From: Daphnia carinata
Taxonomy: Eukaryota
Reading direction: 5' to 3'
DNA length: 64,000 nucleotides
Assembly (NCBI RefSeq): GCF_022539665.2
Contig: NC_081334.1
Location: 1,116,001-1,180,000, forward strand
In this document: piece after piece, positions 9,076 through 22,754 of the stretch
How positions within the stretch are numbered: position 1 is the stretch's first letter
How the letters are laid out: each line of letters opens with the position of its first letter
Made by a program: the position numbers and the translations under genes
Notes under the pieces: generated by a model
Database searches by the model: none
What the model was told of the DNA's origin: nothing
Seen by the model: only the letters and a program-made list of their open reading frames with translations

Positions 9076-11400
9076 TTAACATGCCATACTATAAAAGAAT
9101 TCTGAAATATTCGGTCATCCTTTGAACGAATATAAATTTTTGCTTACACCGCATCACCATCAATATCCTCTCCCGCTTTGTTACGATTATGTGATCTACG
9201 TAAACGAAATAAACACAAGTAAACATTCTTGCAGAGAGACTGATTCAAGATAGTGACATACCTTGTCAATTGTGATAGCAGCCACAGCAAAATTGGTACT
9301 AATAACAATAACATCGATAACAAAGAAAGCGGTATAACCAAGAGTTTAAACGAACAATACCGAGTCCGAATCTGCTAGCTGTAGGTTGCTATTTTTCGTT
9401 TCGTATGCGTTTTGTGGATATGTGCTGGAAAAAACATAACCAAGGGAAGTCTGACATTTTCACTCCACCGACCTTTTTGATAACAATGGGTGTAGAATGA
9501 AACCGCTTCGCAAAGGCAAATCTACGAACAAACAATAGCTAAAATTAATTACAATGTACATTTCCAAGTTGAATCAATGTCAGTTTTGACGTACGCCTTT
9601 AGACGCCCCCAAATCCTCCATACCGCCAAGGATCAAGTCATCAATGGTATAATTTAAATTTAAATCAATGAAATAAGAGGCCATATTTAAACCATTAGTA
9701 GGGAATTCCGCTAAAGCTTTAAGCTTGTATCTTAGAGACAATGTGTAAGACTACCGCTTTCACTGATAACATCACCAAGCTATCACAAGTCGAATTTTCA
9801 GGTTAACAGTGCCTAAAGATTGTTAACATTTTAGACATATGCAAACAAATATACAGAAACATATAATAATGGCCCACTCAAATTGTTTCACATAGGCGAA
9901 GGCTTCAAAGCACTCCTGTTATCCTTTATCCTTTGACATGACGTCGTCACTACGGTGAATTTTTAAGCTGTTTTTGGCATCACAGCTAACTTCCTCAACA
10001 GGCAGTTGACGCTCACAAGATAGGAAAATTTTTGATATAAACTTTCACCTATTGAAATAAAAGCAGTATTATTAACTAGAAACATCGATGTTACCACTAA
10101 TATAATTAAGCTTTCCACTTCCTTTCTTTTGCCAAAACTGCGAAATCCGTTTAAGTTGGCAAAACCCAGAGAAAAAAGCTCTTCCGACTGCGACTTCGTC
10201 CACAAACTGGGCAGTTTGTTGCAATTTTTGGGATACATGTCAGCTTTTACACCTACGAATGCCCCCACTATTAACGTGTAGAATGGCCACATACAGGAAC
10301 AATGGGCAGAGAATACAATGTAGCCACTAACAGCTAAAACTAGAATTTTGAATATGGTGTTTTTCTTAGTTACATTTCATTCTGATTTTGAGCTTCAGCC
10401 ACCAATGTTTAATTTGTCGTTCTCCATACTTCCCGGCTTGACTGCTTTAACACAGATAATTTTCATAACCATAATTTCATTTACTGACGGCTATTGCTAT
10501 ATTCAGGAATTTTGAATGTCTGATGGAAAATATATTTAACTATTTGGTTAATAGATTGTGAAATATTTTCTGTTGGTTTACCTGGCTTATGTCTCTGTTG
10601 GATTTCTTCACTTGTTTTATTTCTGAATTTCACGATTATTGGCCATTTTTTGTTTGTCTAAGTAGATTCTACCACAGGTAAGTTGTCAGTATGCCAAAGT
10701 CTACAACTGAAAAATATATAAGAAGCAGAAACATTGTTTGTAAATGATTGAAATACTTCAGGTCCCTATATGGGAGCAAATCAAAACCACTGTACAAGTG
10801 AATTCCTTTCTGATTCAGGTATCAACTTAAAATCTATGTTTACTGCCAAATGGTTTTTTAATTCAATGGTGTTTCCTATTTTTAAAAATTATAAATACAA
10901 AGCAACTAAAAGCATTCTTTATATACCTGTTACAAAACTTTTTGTAGACCTGTATTTCTCATTTTTTCCAGATGATATGAGGCATCTCCAACGTAGTTCG
11001 TGGTTAGGAGCACCTTTATCTCCCACAACATTTTCGTTCTCTAAAAATAGAACCAATGGAGGTCAACAAAATCCCATATAGACAAAAAAGGGACACCATG
11101 CAGCAAGAATTCAATTTTCTTTTCTCTCCTATGAAGTTTTACCATCATCAGAGCTAGATCTATCAAACCTTTGATAACACTGTACCGACAGGTATTTTTC
11201 TAAACTTCTGCAGCAGTGGTTCCTTCTGCTATTTTGATTGTGACCCATTTCAAACCAAACATATCCCATCTCCACACCAATCAGTTTTCCTCGGTCTCGC
11301 CGCCAGGTCACCTCACACGAGTGTGGAAAACTTCGACCATTTTCCCCTTTTTCCCATACTGACATTCATTTATAAGTCAAAGCAACTGTTTTCAAGTAAA
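9076..11400 (-). pseudogene. Probable decayed multi-exon ORF(s) of unknown family upstream of element copy 3
   Basis: Several minus-strand ORF fragments (11129-11365, 9963-10292, 9144-9341) with GT-AG intron-like segments and frequent stops; no family recognised and no visible similarity to the 2218-3670 protein. Confidence 0.3.
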
Positions 11401-11492
11401 ATTGCGAACATTTGAGACAGGTAAACCTGCGTACCTTAACAATAGATGGCTGCACTGATTGATGGATCGTCACGAATATTTCTGCTGCATCT

Positions 11493-11750
11493 TTGCCGAA
11501 AAAATTTAAAGCCCAACTGATAAATAAGCCCGACTTTCTGCCGCTTCGCGCTAGCGCTGGAGCATACTGGCACGCTAGCGTTGCGTTAAATATTCGGTGT
11601 ATTTAAAAAACGATTAACTTAATGAAAAAAATAGCAATTTTCCGGGAATGGGCATTCAGTTTTGAGTATATCCTATGATATTCAACGAATTCAGATGGGT
11701 GTCAGTTTTTGCCGAAAAAACTTTAAGCCCGACTAAATAAGCCCGACTTT
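11493..11750. repeat. Imperfect ~45-bp direct repeat pair
   Basis: TTGCCGAAAAAATTTAAAGCCCAACTGATAAATAAGCCCGACTTT (~11493-11537) and TTGCCGAAAAAACTTTAAGCCCGACTAAATAAGCCCGACTTT (~11709-11750). Confidence 0.8.
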
Positions 11751-12964
11751 TCTTATTTTTTCATTTTTTACATTTAATTAAAAACCGTAAGGCCCATTGG
11801 AAAATAAATTTGATTTCCGTGACAAGCATTCAATTCTAAATCGAAATCATGTATTTTAGGTGAAATTTAAAATGGATAATTTCGATCCAACATTGAAATT
11901 GAATCGCGAACAACAAGTTCGTTTTTCTATTGGGCACATCAAGGGGAAACATTTCCGGGATCATTCTCACATGATCGAATCGGCGATAATTTTTTTAGCG
12001 TGACCACGTTTATTTCAAAAACTTAAGATCCAATACGCTGCACTATTGACACACAGTGGCAATCGAAATTGGGCACACAATCGATCAACAAATTCAATGT
12101 GTGGCAGACTACTCCTTCATTGACGGCGTTATCTATTCAAACACAAACTTCGATAGCCAATTTTGGCCGCTATATGACATTCTACTTATCTGTTTATTTA
12201 CGAAATAAACGGTTTTTTCAATCAAGAGTGTTCTATTTTAAAAAGCGGGCTACTAACCAAATCTGATTTGATAGTAAAAGGTTCGAAAAATGAGAAGGGA
12301 AGGGATGGCTATTATTCTTCATTATTTACGAGGAATCTGAAAAAAAAAACTGAAAGTGATGTTATTTGTATTATCGTTCATGATCATAGGTTCGGTGATG
12401 ACATAAACTTGAGTCAACATTACACGAAACTATTCTAATTATATGACGTGAAATATATTTCTAGATACCGGGTATCAACATGTAGGCTGGAGAAAAATGT
12501 TAAGATTAATAAAAATCAGCAGATTGTAAGGTGAAACGTACTGGCAGTATCGCCGTAGGATTACAGTTTACTCAAGATCTTCTCCAAATCCGTGCAATAA
12601 TTGTAAGCGATGTAACTTCCAATCTTCACCACACACGTTTGATTTCCTGTTCTGTTACCTTCACTAATCGGGAAAACTGATGGAGTAACACTCAGACCTA
12701 AAATCGATTGAACACTAAGATTAATTAGTCAGCGGGCGATGTTCGTAAAAGCTGCTCATGTTCATTATCCTACTACTAAGGTGCGTGGGTGGAGTTTAGT
12801 TAAAACAATTCGAAAATCATAAAAACAAGAAGGCTACCAAGCTACGTAAATATAACGATTCCCTCTTATAGTGGTAGTATGCTTGGAATATTTAAGTGAT
12901 TATAGCAAAGTTTTAAGATAAATCTTTAAATTGGACGGTGGAATAGCAGGGTGATCAGTTAGTG

Positions 12965-15900
12965 TTATAAGGCGGCACTCTCGGTGTCGGGCATTTCTTT
13001 AATGGCCGGTTGATCGGCAGTTGTTCGATGCACTACGCGGCGGAGGTCGGTAGCTGCCATGCTGCGGAGGCTCCGCGACCGCTCAAACAATGACGGTTCA
13101 GTATAGATAGGTTCACTAGGATCTTGAAACACACGCGACGTCTTTTGCTGTCCTTTTCTAGTCGATGTGGCATCCGCTGCCTCTCCTTCACCAAAGTCTA
13201 GTTCAGTTTGCCTGTCACCAACGCTAGATTCCGGCGGCGTACTGCAGATAAAAAGAAAATGCACATTTTTGCAGAAGAGCCATACGCTGTTGGGCATACT
13301 GACCGTAAATCGAAGGCGCGATTAATGAAAGCAAAATTTCGAGCCGAAGGAGTGTGATGGAACAAATTGCGCTGTCGCTGCTGGCCGTAGGTGTTATGAC
13401 TTAGCATTGAGTGCGGTGCTGTTGCATCCGCTCCAGCGTTTTTAAAATGCAGCAAACGATAGCGCCTAAATCATGGTTAGGAGTTTTGATCAAAAAGAAA
13501 GGGAAAATTAAAAGCGTAGCAACGAACGAACCTGAAACAGAGGCCAGCCACGAAGGAGGAGGCGATTAAAATAAGTAATATGATGCCCAATGACGTGATC
13601 AGGCTATAATATTCAACACGAGATAGACAGATGTCAAGCTTTTGAAGACTGACAGTAGTTTCAGGAATCTCATCGCGATTAGCATAGACCTGTTAGACAA
13701 ATGAGAAGAAATGTAACTGAAATACATTAGAAAATCTGTGAATGTAGTCTCAACTAACTCGAAGCATTTCCATCACAAGCTCCTCCTCGTTTGTCTCATC
13801 TATGGATTTCATGCTGCTACTGCTACTGCTACTGCTACTGCTACTACCGCTACTACTACTAGACAAACTTAACCAAGCTGGTTTGTTCAGAGCAAATGTG
13901 GCCGTAGTATCACGTCGTTTGCGACCGTAGGACTGGCCGGAACCGCGTCCGGGTACGTTATTCGTATTACAGAAAACCTATTTTTTTTAAATGATTGTTA
14001 TTATATGGATACAATCGATGATGAGATACAGATTAAGCAGTTTACTTACTGGCTGACAACCACCTCTGCATGATTTCACAGTGGCTTCAAACACTAAAAA
14101 GTTTGATTCTGGTATTTTGAAGGCGTTAAAGCTAGCCTCTAAGCCCTCACCGCTTCTTGCCCGATCTAATGACGGAAAAATTCCATCGTCAACTGGACAT
14201 CTGTTGGTATAAACATAGGCATCAGAATTTGAAATGTTTTTGCACTAAGCTATTTTGTATTAATCTACCCGAATCGATCGATTAGCTGGACACTCTTGCC
14301 TGTGTAAGGATCTTTTGCAATCACGTTTGTGGCAAATATATCGGCAATCAGGTTATAGCCCTGCAGTGATTCCAGCTTGAAGGTAAGGGGATCACCAACA
14401 GCTATGGTGGTCGTAGGGCGCCCTTGATACATAATAAGCAATCGAACGCGGGAATCCAGTATGTTCTGAGCCGGAAGAAACTCTATTGGAGTAGGACTAC
14501 CAGATCTAGAATGCGGAATTATCATTTACTAATTAGTTTGGAGGTACATAAAAGAAAAATAATAATATATACAAAGCGAGATTTCAATTACCCTGCACCG
14601 ATATAGCCAGAAGTGACGACAGCTTCTCCTGGTCCACCATACAAGCAAGTTAAGTTATAGCGTTTATCTCTAGCGGTTTGGACCATTTCACTAAACTGGA
14701 CCACTATAATGTTGGTCAGTATATCTCCATGCTAGCCATAAACGTAAAAACCAATTATAGTTTGTTAAAAATCACTAAACAAATAACGTATATACGTTTA
14801 CGTACCCTCTGCGATCCGCAGTCGGGAAAGCCTCTCGGACCCGTGATGCGCAAAACATTGGTAAGGCCTCCAGTGCCACGAAAGAAACATCGGTCATAAT
14901 AGCCGTACGTATAGATCCTTCCGGTGAACGGTTCAGGAGTACGCAACGTAAACTCCATTCCGTCTTCATTGCACACTTGGCTCACTGTGGCGTGAGTAGA
15001 AGAACGCTTACTTAGTATTTGAATTTGAAACAAATGTCTAAAACTTTAGTACCGTCAAGACAATCGGATGTCTGCGATCGTTCGTAAAAATCATAGTCGC
15101 CGTTGGTTTCAAAGAAAGATGGATTACTCGTGTCCAGTTCGCGAGTGGAGCGGTCGCTGAGTTCGCAGTTTTCTCGTTCGCCTCCAATCGCGTTCGAGTA
15201 AAATGGCAAACGACTAAAGGATGAGATGAATTTAAATTGTGTTGATCAATAATATTTATATATATCGTACTAGAAATTGAAAGAGATGCAACGGAAATCC
15301 CGCGCGGTTTGACACTCGCGCTCACACTGGGCTAAAGACGGTGCCACCAAGTAGCGTTTAACATAGATCCGGCGGAGGCGCATACGAGTAGCAGCCTATA
15401 AAGAAAACAAAATGTGTTAGTCTTTAGCGTTCATTTTGAATGCTAGAAATAGTAGCATTAAAAAAAGAATGAGTATACCTGGCGAAAACCATCGTTTTCC
15501 CGGCCGGGCTCACATCGTGGACGATTTCCCAGCTGTGTTCCACCAGCAAGAGTTCCTAAACCAGGAGAAGATCCTACTGATAGGCCTGGGCTTATACCAC
15601 CCCCAGCGGGCCATGGTCCGGCATAGAACTGATCATCTGTAATATAAGAGAAAACGATACAGATGTTATCACAAATACCTTTACATTTGAAAACATTGAC
15701 ACCCATTACCCATTATCCCAGGCATTTGTACTTGGTAATTTGTTCAATCAAAGCTAATTTATATGTGTGCAAAAGCGGTGCTAAGGCCAATCATGTGCAT
15801 TTTGAAAAATCAACCAAGCCCGCAAAAAACATGCCAATAAAAAAATCATGCATTGAATGAATTAGTATTAGAATTTAGTCATGAGATTTACTATCCAAGA

Positions 15901-18900
15901 TTGTTCAGCCGAAAAGTAATAATAAGAATAGAAATGGTAACATTAAGAGTAATTAAAACGAGAACATATAATAACACAAATACATTAGATACTACATGCT
16001 ATTTACTACAACTAAATGTCAAATGGAGCCTAGTGCCGAAGGGCTGAATGGAACCTGTTAGTATTTCTGGAACGATTCCCGGAGGCCAACCTTCGGCAGG
16101 AACGGCAGAATTTGCAGCACTACCTCCAACTGCTGCACCAGTAATATGGCTGATTTCTTCCGGTCGGTTCAAGAAGATCGACGAACTGGCAAACACTGTG
16201 TCGTTCACAACTATAGTGTTTCAAGTGCTCGTGCTGTGATTACTTTTTTTAACATTATTCTTACTTAGTCCTAGGTATCGCAAACATGCGGCATTTCTTA
16301 GAAAACTAATTTTGTACTACTAGATGTCGTTAAAAATACATGACCAGCAACAATTTAGAAATTAGTATTCGGTAAGTAGAAAAATGGTTCACTTATGTAT
16401 GCGTGTCTGTGGTTCTCTTATAGAATTCGTGCAGTTCGTGACTTTAAATAAAGCCGTTCACTTGTCAAGTTTCCTTAATCTTTTTTTTTAGTAGCGTGAA
16501 GTTAGCGGATCGAGTGAACATTTTATGCGATTTTTTTCTACTACATGAAATAAAAGTAGCCTTTTAACCTTGCTGGCCTGGCATGATAAACGGAGGGCGG
16601 TAGGGTGTTACAAGCGACGGGTTGTAGTCGTCTATCGAGCTGGGACCAAGCCCGCCACCGCCAACGACGCCGCCTGTTGACGATTCAAGTGGCTCAATTC
16701 ATTTCCAAACACGATATTCTAATTACATGTCGTAAATTGCTTTGGGCCCAAGAACTAGATATCGATGCATTTCGTTATTGTTCCTAATTATTAACTTGAA
16801 TTCATTGCAATTCAATCGCAAAACGGCTTTTACCAATGTCATTTTCACGTAATTGTAGCTTTTCGTAGAAGCTGATAGATTTATCTTGCTCATTAAACTT
16901 ACTCTTACCTGAGAGGCTTTCGTAGTAATCGTAATCTGGCTCGTAAATGAGTCGGCCATCCTTCTGATCGGAACGACTTAGACGGCAGACCCTAAAGCGC
17001 TCGCTGTACATAGTAGATCGGCATCGATAACTTGTCTGTTTTGTGCACAACGAATAAATGTAATCATTTAATTGAGTTTGAGTTTACTAGAAATGCGATA
17101 ACAACCTGACGAAGGCATTCATCCAGACATTCAGCTAATGATCGGTCGGTAATTTCAGTTTGGAAATCAGCCGACAGACGCGAATTACGGTATCGTTGAA
17201 AGGCAGTCAGAATATCTCGTCGGCGACCGTCCACCAGCAGTGGTGATGCTTCGCCTTCACCTCGCTGTGACAGCGGATTCACTTCATTAGCACCTGTTGA
17301 TCGCATAAAAGAAAATTTTAAAAAATCCATTGAGAAATGATATGACTTTTCGTTCATTCTACATTCTACGTAACACCGAAATTCAAGTTCACGCAATTTA
17401 ATATCCTCCAAATAGAATATAACGGCAATGCTTACTGAGGCCCATGCACAAGATCTCAAAGTAGTAATAACCAGTGCCCGTCATGGTGGCAACTTCCTGG
17501 TCGGTCAAGGAAATTGTATCTTCGCTGGAGAGGGCGCATGATTTGGACATCGGGTCGAATGTCAATGATCGACAAAAGTATCTAAATTATAACAAGATTT
17601 AAATGTCAGTTGCTAAGAATATTTCGAGAAATTATAGCCATAAAAGATTTACGTACGTTTCTGCCGATAAACAGCGTGCTTGGCATTCTTCTAACGTCGT
17701 GTTTAGCATAATTTCAGCGTCAAAGGAGCTCCACATTTGGCCACGTTCTTCACGAACAAAAGTAAGTTGCCCTTCACAGCGACGGTTTTCTAAAAGAGTC
17801 AATTAGTTTCAAATGAATTATCATGAAAATATTGCTTTCGGTAAGCCAGTCTATTTGAACTTCTTTGCCGTATTTTTCGGTGAAAAAACCCGTAATCGTT
17901 AAATATGTGGTTAATACGAAAAAATGGTTACCTGACAGACACGTATTTTCCAAATATTCAAATCCAGGATCGTCTTCATACTGTTCCGGATGAGTACGGC
18001 GTGTGAATCGACTTAACGAACATGTTCTGGACGTGCTGTCGTACGAAATTGAACGACAGACGAAGCTGTATTCATTCAGACACCTGTATAGGGAATGTTA
18101 TCACTCTTTAAGTTTCTTCACATTTGTAAATTAAATGATTTTGTACTTGTCTTCGCATTCGGTACGGTTGTTGACAAAATACTCTTTGGAACCAGAAGGA
18201 CGAAATCGCTTGCGAGTGATACGATCAAAAACCGATTTCCGAGTTGGGCACTCACGTTCAATTCTTGACGCTGTGGAAATCAGACTCATATTTTAGATCA
18301 ATACACTTAAATGAGAACTAATACAATACAACTAATGATGAGAATTAGTGTTTTAAAAACGCCCCCTTCTACCTCGATCACAACACAAACGTCATGAGCA
18401 ATTCTTCTTCGACTTTTTGTAATTTACAACGTTCGTTTAGCAATGGCAAATGTTTAAGTATAGAAAACATTAAAAGCAATAAGTAATTATCAATATCTTG
18501 ATTGTTGATTCGACTTACAACTTAGGCAGACCTCGCTATAAAGGAAATGTCCGGGTAAATTGACAAGTGTACCAAGTCCTTCTGGTCGAGGCAGTTCCCG
18601 TGACAAAAAACAAACTGATTCGTCGTATTCAATAGAACCCGACGTAGACGACGGTGTTGATTGCGAATTGAATGAAGACGATAAGGAACTCGGAAGTGAC
18701 AGTCGTTTGCCTGGTTGAAAATCAAAGGAACTGCAAGTTCGTACCAGGTTGTTGGCGGCCGTTCGATCCCGGAGGCACAAGTCTTGACATCTAGTCAGAA
18801 CTTGCATAGGAGGAGATGAATCTCGTACCTACAACACATTTTCTTGAAATTCTAACAATATTGACCAGAAATAACAATCAAATTGCAAATGTGGCTAAAT

Positions 18901-21079
18901 TTGTACCACGTCATCGTCGTAACCTTGGAGCTGCTGGTGAGGCAATTTCTCGTAGACTATTCTTCCCAATCCAGAGTTGCAAGACGTTTGAGCTGTCATT
19001 TCAAAAACATCGGGCTTATAGTTTACTTTTTTATTTTTAAAAATTATAATTACTGCTATTTTTTTCTGCAATCTAATTTGATTTGATACTTTGATCATCA
19101 GAGCATAATTTCCTTCCAACATTTGGTTACATCAGACAACAGACAAAGAGCAGTAGAACAAATTGCGAACAGGCATTTCACTAGTGTTCAAAGACAATCT
19201 GATCAGTGTAACAAATTGTTTTATTGTTTCACGTATTGCTGTACTATTATCTGTATATATGAGGTAATTCCAGTGTTTTTCACCCCTTATGCATCCCTTA
19301 ATAAGTTAATATTAGGCACGGCTAAAATGGTTTTTTATCATGCATGACTTTTCTAACCTCTTTCTTCCTATCGAAAACGTGGTGGGGGGGAGAGGGCCAA
19401 AAAACATACTTTAAAATGACGGACATCCTGTTCCTGCTATGGACCAACCTGTATATGGGGACAAGTATAGCACGTCCATCATGACTCAATCCCTCCTAGT
19501 TTATAAATGCTGAACGGCCAAACACGAGACAAAACTTTTCCACCCCATACACCTTGCTGCCCACCATTTCCACACAGACCTTTACTAATTGTGAGTACTC
19601 TCGACGCGTACTTCCGAGCGGAAAATACCGCTCGTTAACGTCATTTTTATTTACCCTCTCTCCACCCCCCACCTGGCATCCATAAAGTGTGAGATGAATT
19701 TGGGCCTCACAACTGTGCATATAATTATCTTGTCTCGAACATATTTCTCCGAGCTTTGTTTTAATGGCAGGGCTAGTTGACCAGTATTCTAATTCTATAT
19801 TATCAATGTTTAGCTTATTTTTTAATTGGCAAGCACAGAATTACGACAGCAATTAACAACACATAATCAGGATCTAATCTGCACAGCAATGAACTGCTAT
19901 CAGTTTGGATTGGTTACGCATGATTTCCCTAGATTGGGACGTGATAACGTTCGTCTGACCTATTTTTTTTTTTTACAATACAAGAGCATTGAACTGTTCC
20001 ATGGTCAACATTTGTTTATTGCCACAGGGAACAAGCGGACAGCAGAGAACGGATCTATTTGCTTGACGTTGCACGGTCGATTACGTCTACCATTTCTACA
20101 TCAACGATCGAAGTTGCTGATTGAGCTATCCCTAATTAGAAAATCCCACACTACTGAGTGAAACACGATTTCAATTACATTTCAACGTGAGTATTGCAAT
20201 TGAGATCGGCCTAGATGAGGCACGAAAAAAACAAATAGTTTTACTGATGGGTTGCGAGCATGTCGGATGAAAAGGTGGAAAGAGGAATAAAATGGAAAAA
20301 AAAAGAGACACGAGGGGGAATGAAAAGAGAAAGAGAGGTGGGAAATATTGGAGAGCGTGGAAAGAAGTAAAAAAAAAGAAAAAAGAGGAGTGGGGGGTCA
20401 CTTCCGATGTGGAAGAACGAAGCAAAAAGCAACAGGGAGAGACAGTGAAAACGATAGAATTGTCGATTCATATCCGGCCGGTGCTCTATTCAATTCTTCA
20501 AACAGCCCGTTGATTTGTTACACTCTATCCCTCCACCCTTTTTCACTCCCACCGATCCTCATTTTCAACCTACATAACTGAACGTTGCATGATAGATATA
20601 ACAAAATCTAGCGAGTAAGCTAATTCATTAAACATTACATACTGAATGAGTTCACAAAACTCATTAATGATTATTAGTTTCAAAATGATGTACAACTAAT
20701 TCCTAATAACGAATGGAACGAGCAAAAATAGCTGTTGTCCCATTGTTAGAACAATAAACTGTAACCACCTGTTGAACCCTGAAACCGGTGGTAAGACCGG
20801 TTTGGATGCGGTGTTTTCATTAGGGGAATTTAACCGGTACCGCGTTACTCGCTAACAATCTTGATATTCTAGATTTGCATATGTCACGCTACTTTAATCT
20901 ACTTGGTCTTTCAAATTCATTTCGGCAAGTTAACCAACAGATGATGACAATTCATTTGAAAAGACAAAAATCAATAAATGGGGCTTACCTTCAGTTAGCA
21001 TGCGCAAGAGAGTGAGTAAAGAAATGGCCTGCACCATGATGCAATGAATTGAATTGTGAACGATGGTGAACGATCGCAT
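12965..21079 (-). CDS. nompA: NompA-like PAN/apple-domain + zona pellucida domain transmembrane protein (multi-exon)
   Basis: Hydrophobic first exon (MRSFTIVHNSIHCIMVQAISLLTLL), repeated PAN modules (CQDLCLRDRTAANNLVRTCSSFDF; CLDECLRQTSYRCRS), ZP domain (CNEDGMEFTLRTPEPFTGRIYTYGYYDRCFFRG...), furin site GRKRR, TM helix near 13530-13610, stop at 12965. Confidence 0.85.
13812..13861 (-). repeat. (CTACTG)n / (CTA)n coding repeat giving a poly-Ser tract
   Basis: Minus strand AGTAGTAGTAGCGGTAGTAGCAGTAGCAGTAGC... within a nompA-like exon. Confidence 0.8.
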
Positions 21080-22754
21080 CTTGTGATTGAAGCCTAAGGA
21101 CTAGTGGTCGTCCGTCAACCTCACTCGCATGGCACCCGTGCTTCAATGATTTAGCGAGTGATGAGCAGCGAAAACAAAAAAATACCAAGCCAAAAAGCAG
21201 CGGGATGCTCGAATTCCTTGGTGTTTTGAACGTTCCAAAAAGAATGCCTTCAACTGGGTTCAAACCACAGGTGGATTATGACTCTCGAGGATCTTTACCG
21301 ACTGTCGTGAGAATTGGAATGAGCCAGTGAGACACACGGGAGTTGGTAGTGACTGCGAGCCGCGGTCCAACACGTCGACTTTATGGTCACTTCCACATCC
21401 CCTCGTCGGACTGTGCATCCTACGTATCCATGAACATCCCCTACCCACCTGTCCCCTTCATTCTCCGCCCACCGTTCCAGCCTCCTCTCCATTCGTTCGT
21501 TCTGTTGCAGCTAACACAACGCAGTAAGAATGAGAATAATAAGAGAGGAATCATACGACATCATCAAGTGACGTCATGGAACCATTTGCAGTTGTCTGGT
21601 CCCGGCATCGGGCAACTGCCGAAACCGGAAGCAGACAGCTGATGGCGGCGCAAATGCGGTGAATACAAAAAAGAAAAAGAGAGAGAGAGAGAGAAAAAGA
21701 AACGAGACAAGAGGCGAGGGGAAATGAAACATCCTCTCGTCCATTTCCAATGTGTGTCCACGTTCCATTATTCTCGGGACCTGGTTGCTCCCTAACCAGC
21801 TTTTCCGAAAAGTTTCATCCACGCAGGAACAAACATGGAACAGACACGCACTTACATTTTTACATCACTTTAAAAACAGATCACTGGTAACCCTCCCCTT
21901 AGCACAACTCGCATAGAAGCAATTTCAAATACTCGTTTCAGAAGATATGTATCAAAAGGGGATCTGTTCTGTTTCAATTTGAAAACATTTCAAGTGTCTT
22001 CCTAGTGCCACAGGTGGATAACAAGAGAACCCCTGGTAGCCTGGAAATTGAGAGAGGAAATTTAAATGGATAATTCGAAACAGCATCTCTTATTCTAGAA
22101 GAGAGAAAACAATAAAAGAACAAAAAAAAAGATGGTATTATCTGGTCTGTACTCACACCAAGTTGACAATTCTTTTGAAATTCACACGCAATTCAGAGTT
22201 GGAGATTAATGAGCTTTTCCCTTTCGAAAATCCTTTTGTAGCTGTCAGCGTTTTCCCCTGAAACAAATGGAAAAAAAAGGACCTAGGTGGAGAAGACTGG
22301 AAGCCATGAGCCAAACATAAAATGATACAATACGTTATTGAAAATAGTCAGAATTTCGGGAATCCATCTCTATGCGGCCGGAAGCCGTGTCATGTGGGGA
22401 CACATAACGATCACTGGAGCGTAACGAATGAGAAAAAAGGTGCACAAGGCTTTTCAATCCAATCAATACCAACTAATATCCATATCCGGGACAAGATGAC
22501 CGTGCCAATTAGCACACCTCTCAGAAAAAGAGTTGTCACCGTATCGAATTCCTCATAGAAAAACATGGCATAAAAAAAAAGGGGTCCAGTGACCCGGAAT
22601 TGAGCAAAATCCTGTATTGCAAAATCAGTAACAATCCCCACCTTTTTGTTCGCTCGTCAGAGAACAAAAAAAAAAATAACAGAGAAACCAATCTGTAGAA
22701 ATAAAAAAATTTTGAATGGAAAAATATGAATAGCCCTTTTTTCAGCATCATTCA

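Noticed and set aside
19300..22700. Many short overlapping ORFs around the nompA-like 5' region
   Set aside because: Low-complexity UTR, intron and intergenic sequence; only the 21079-20989 exon fits the gene model
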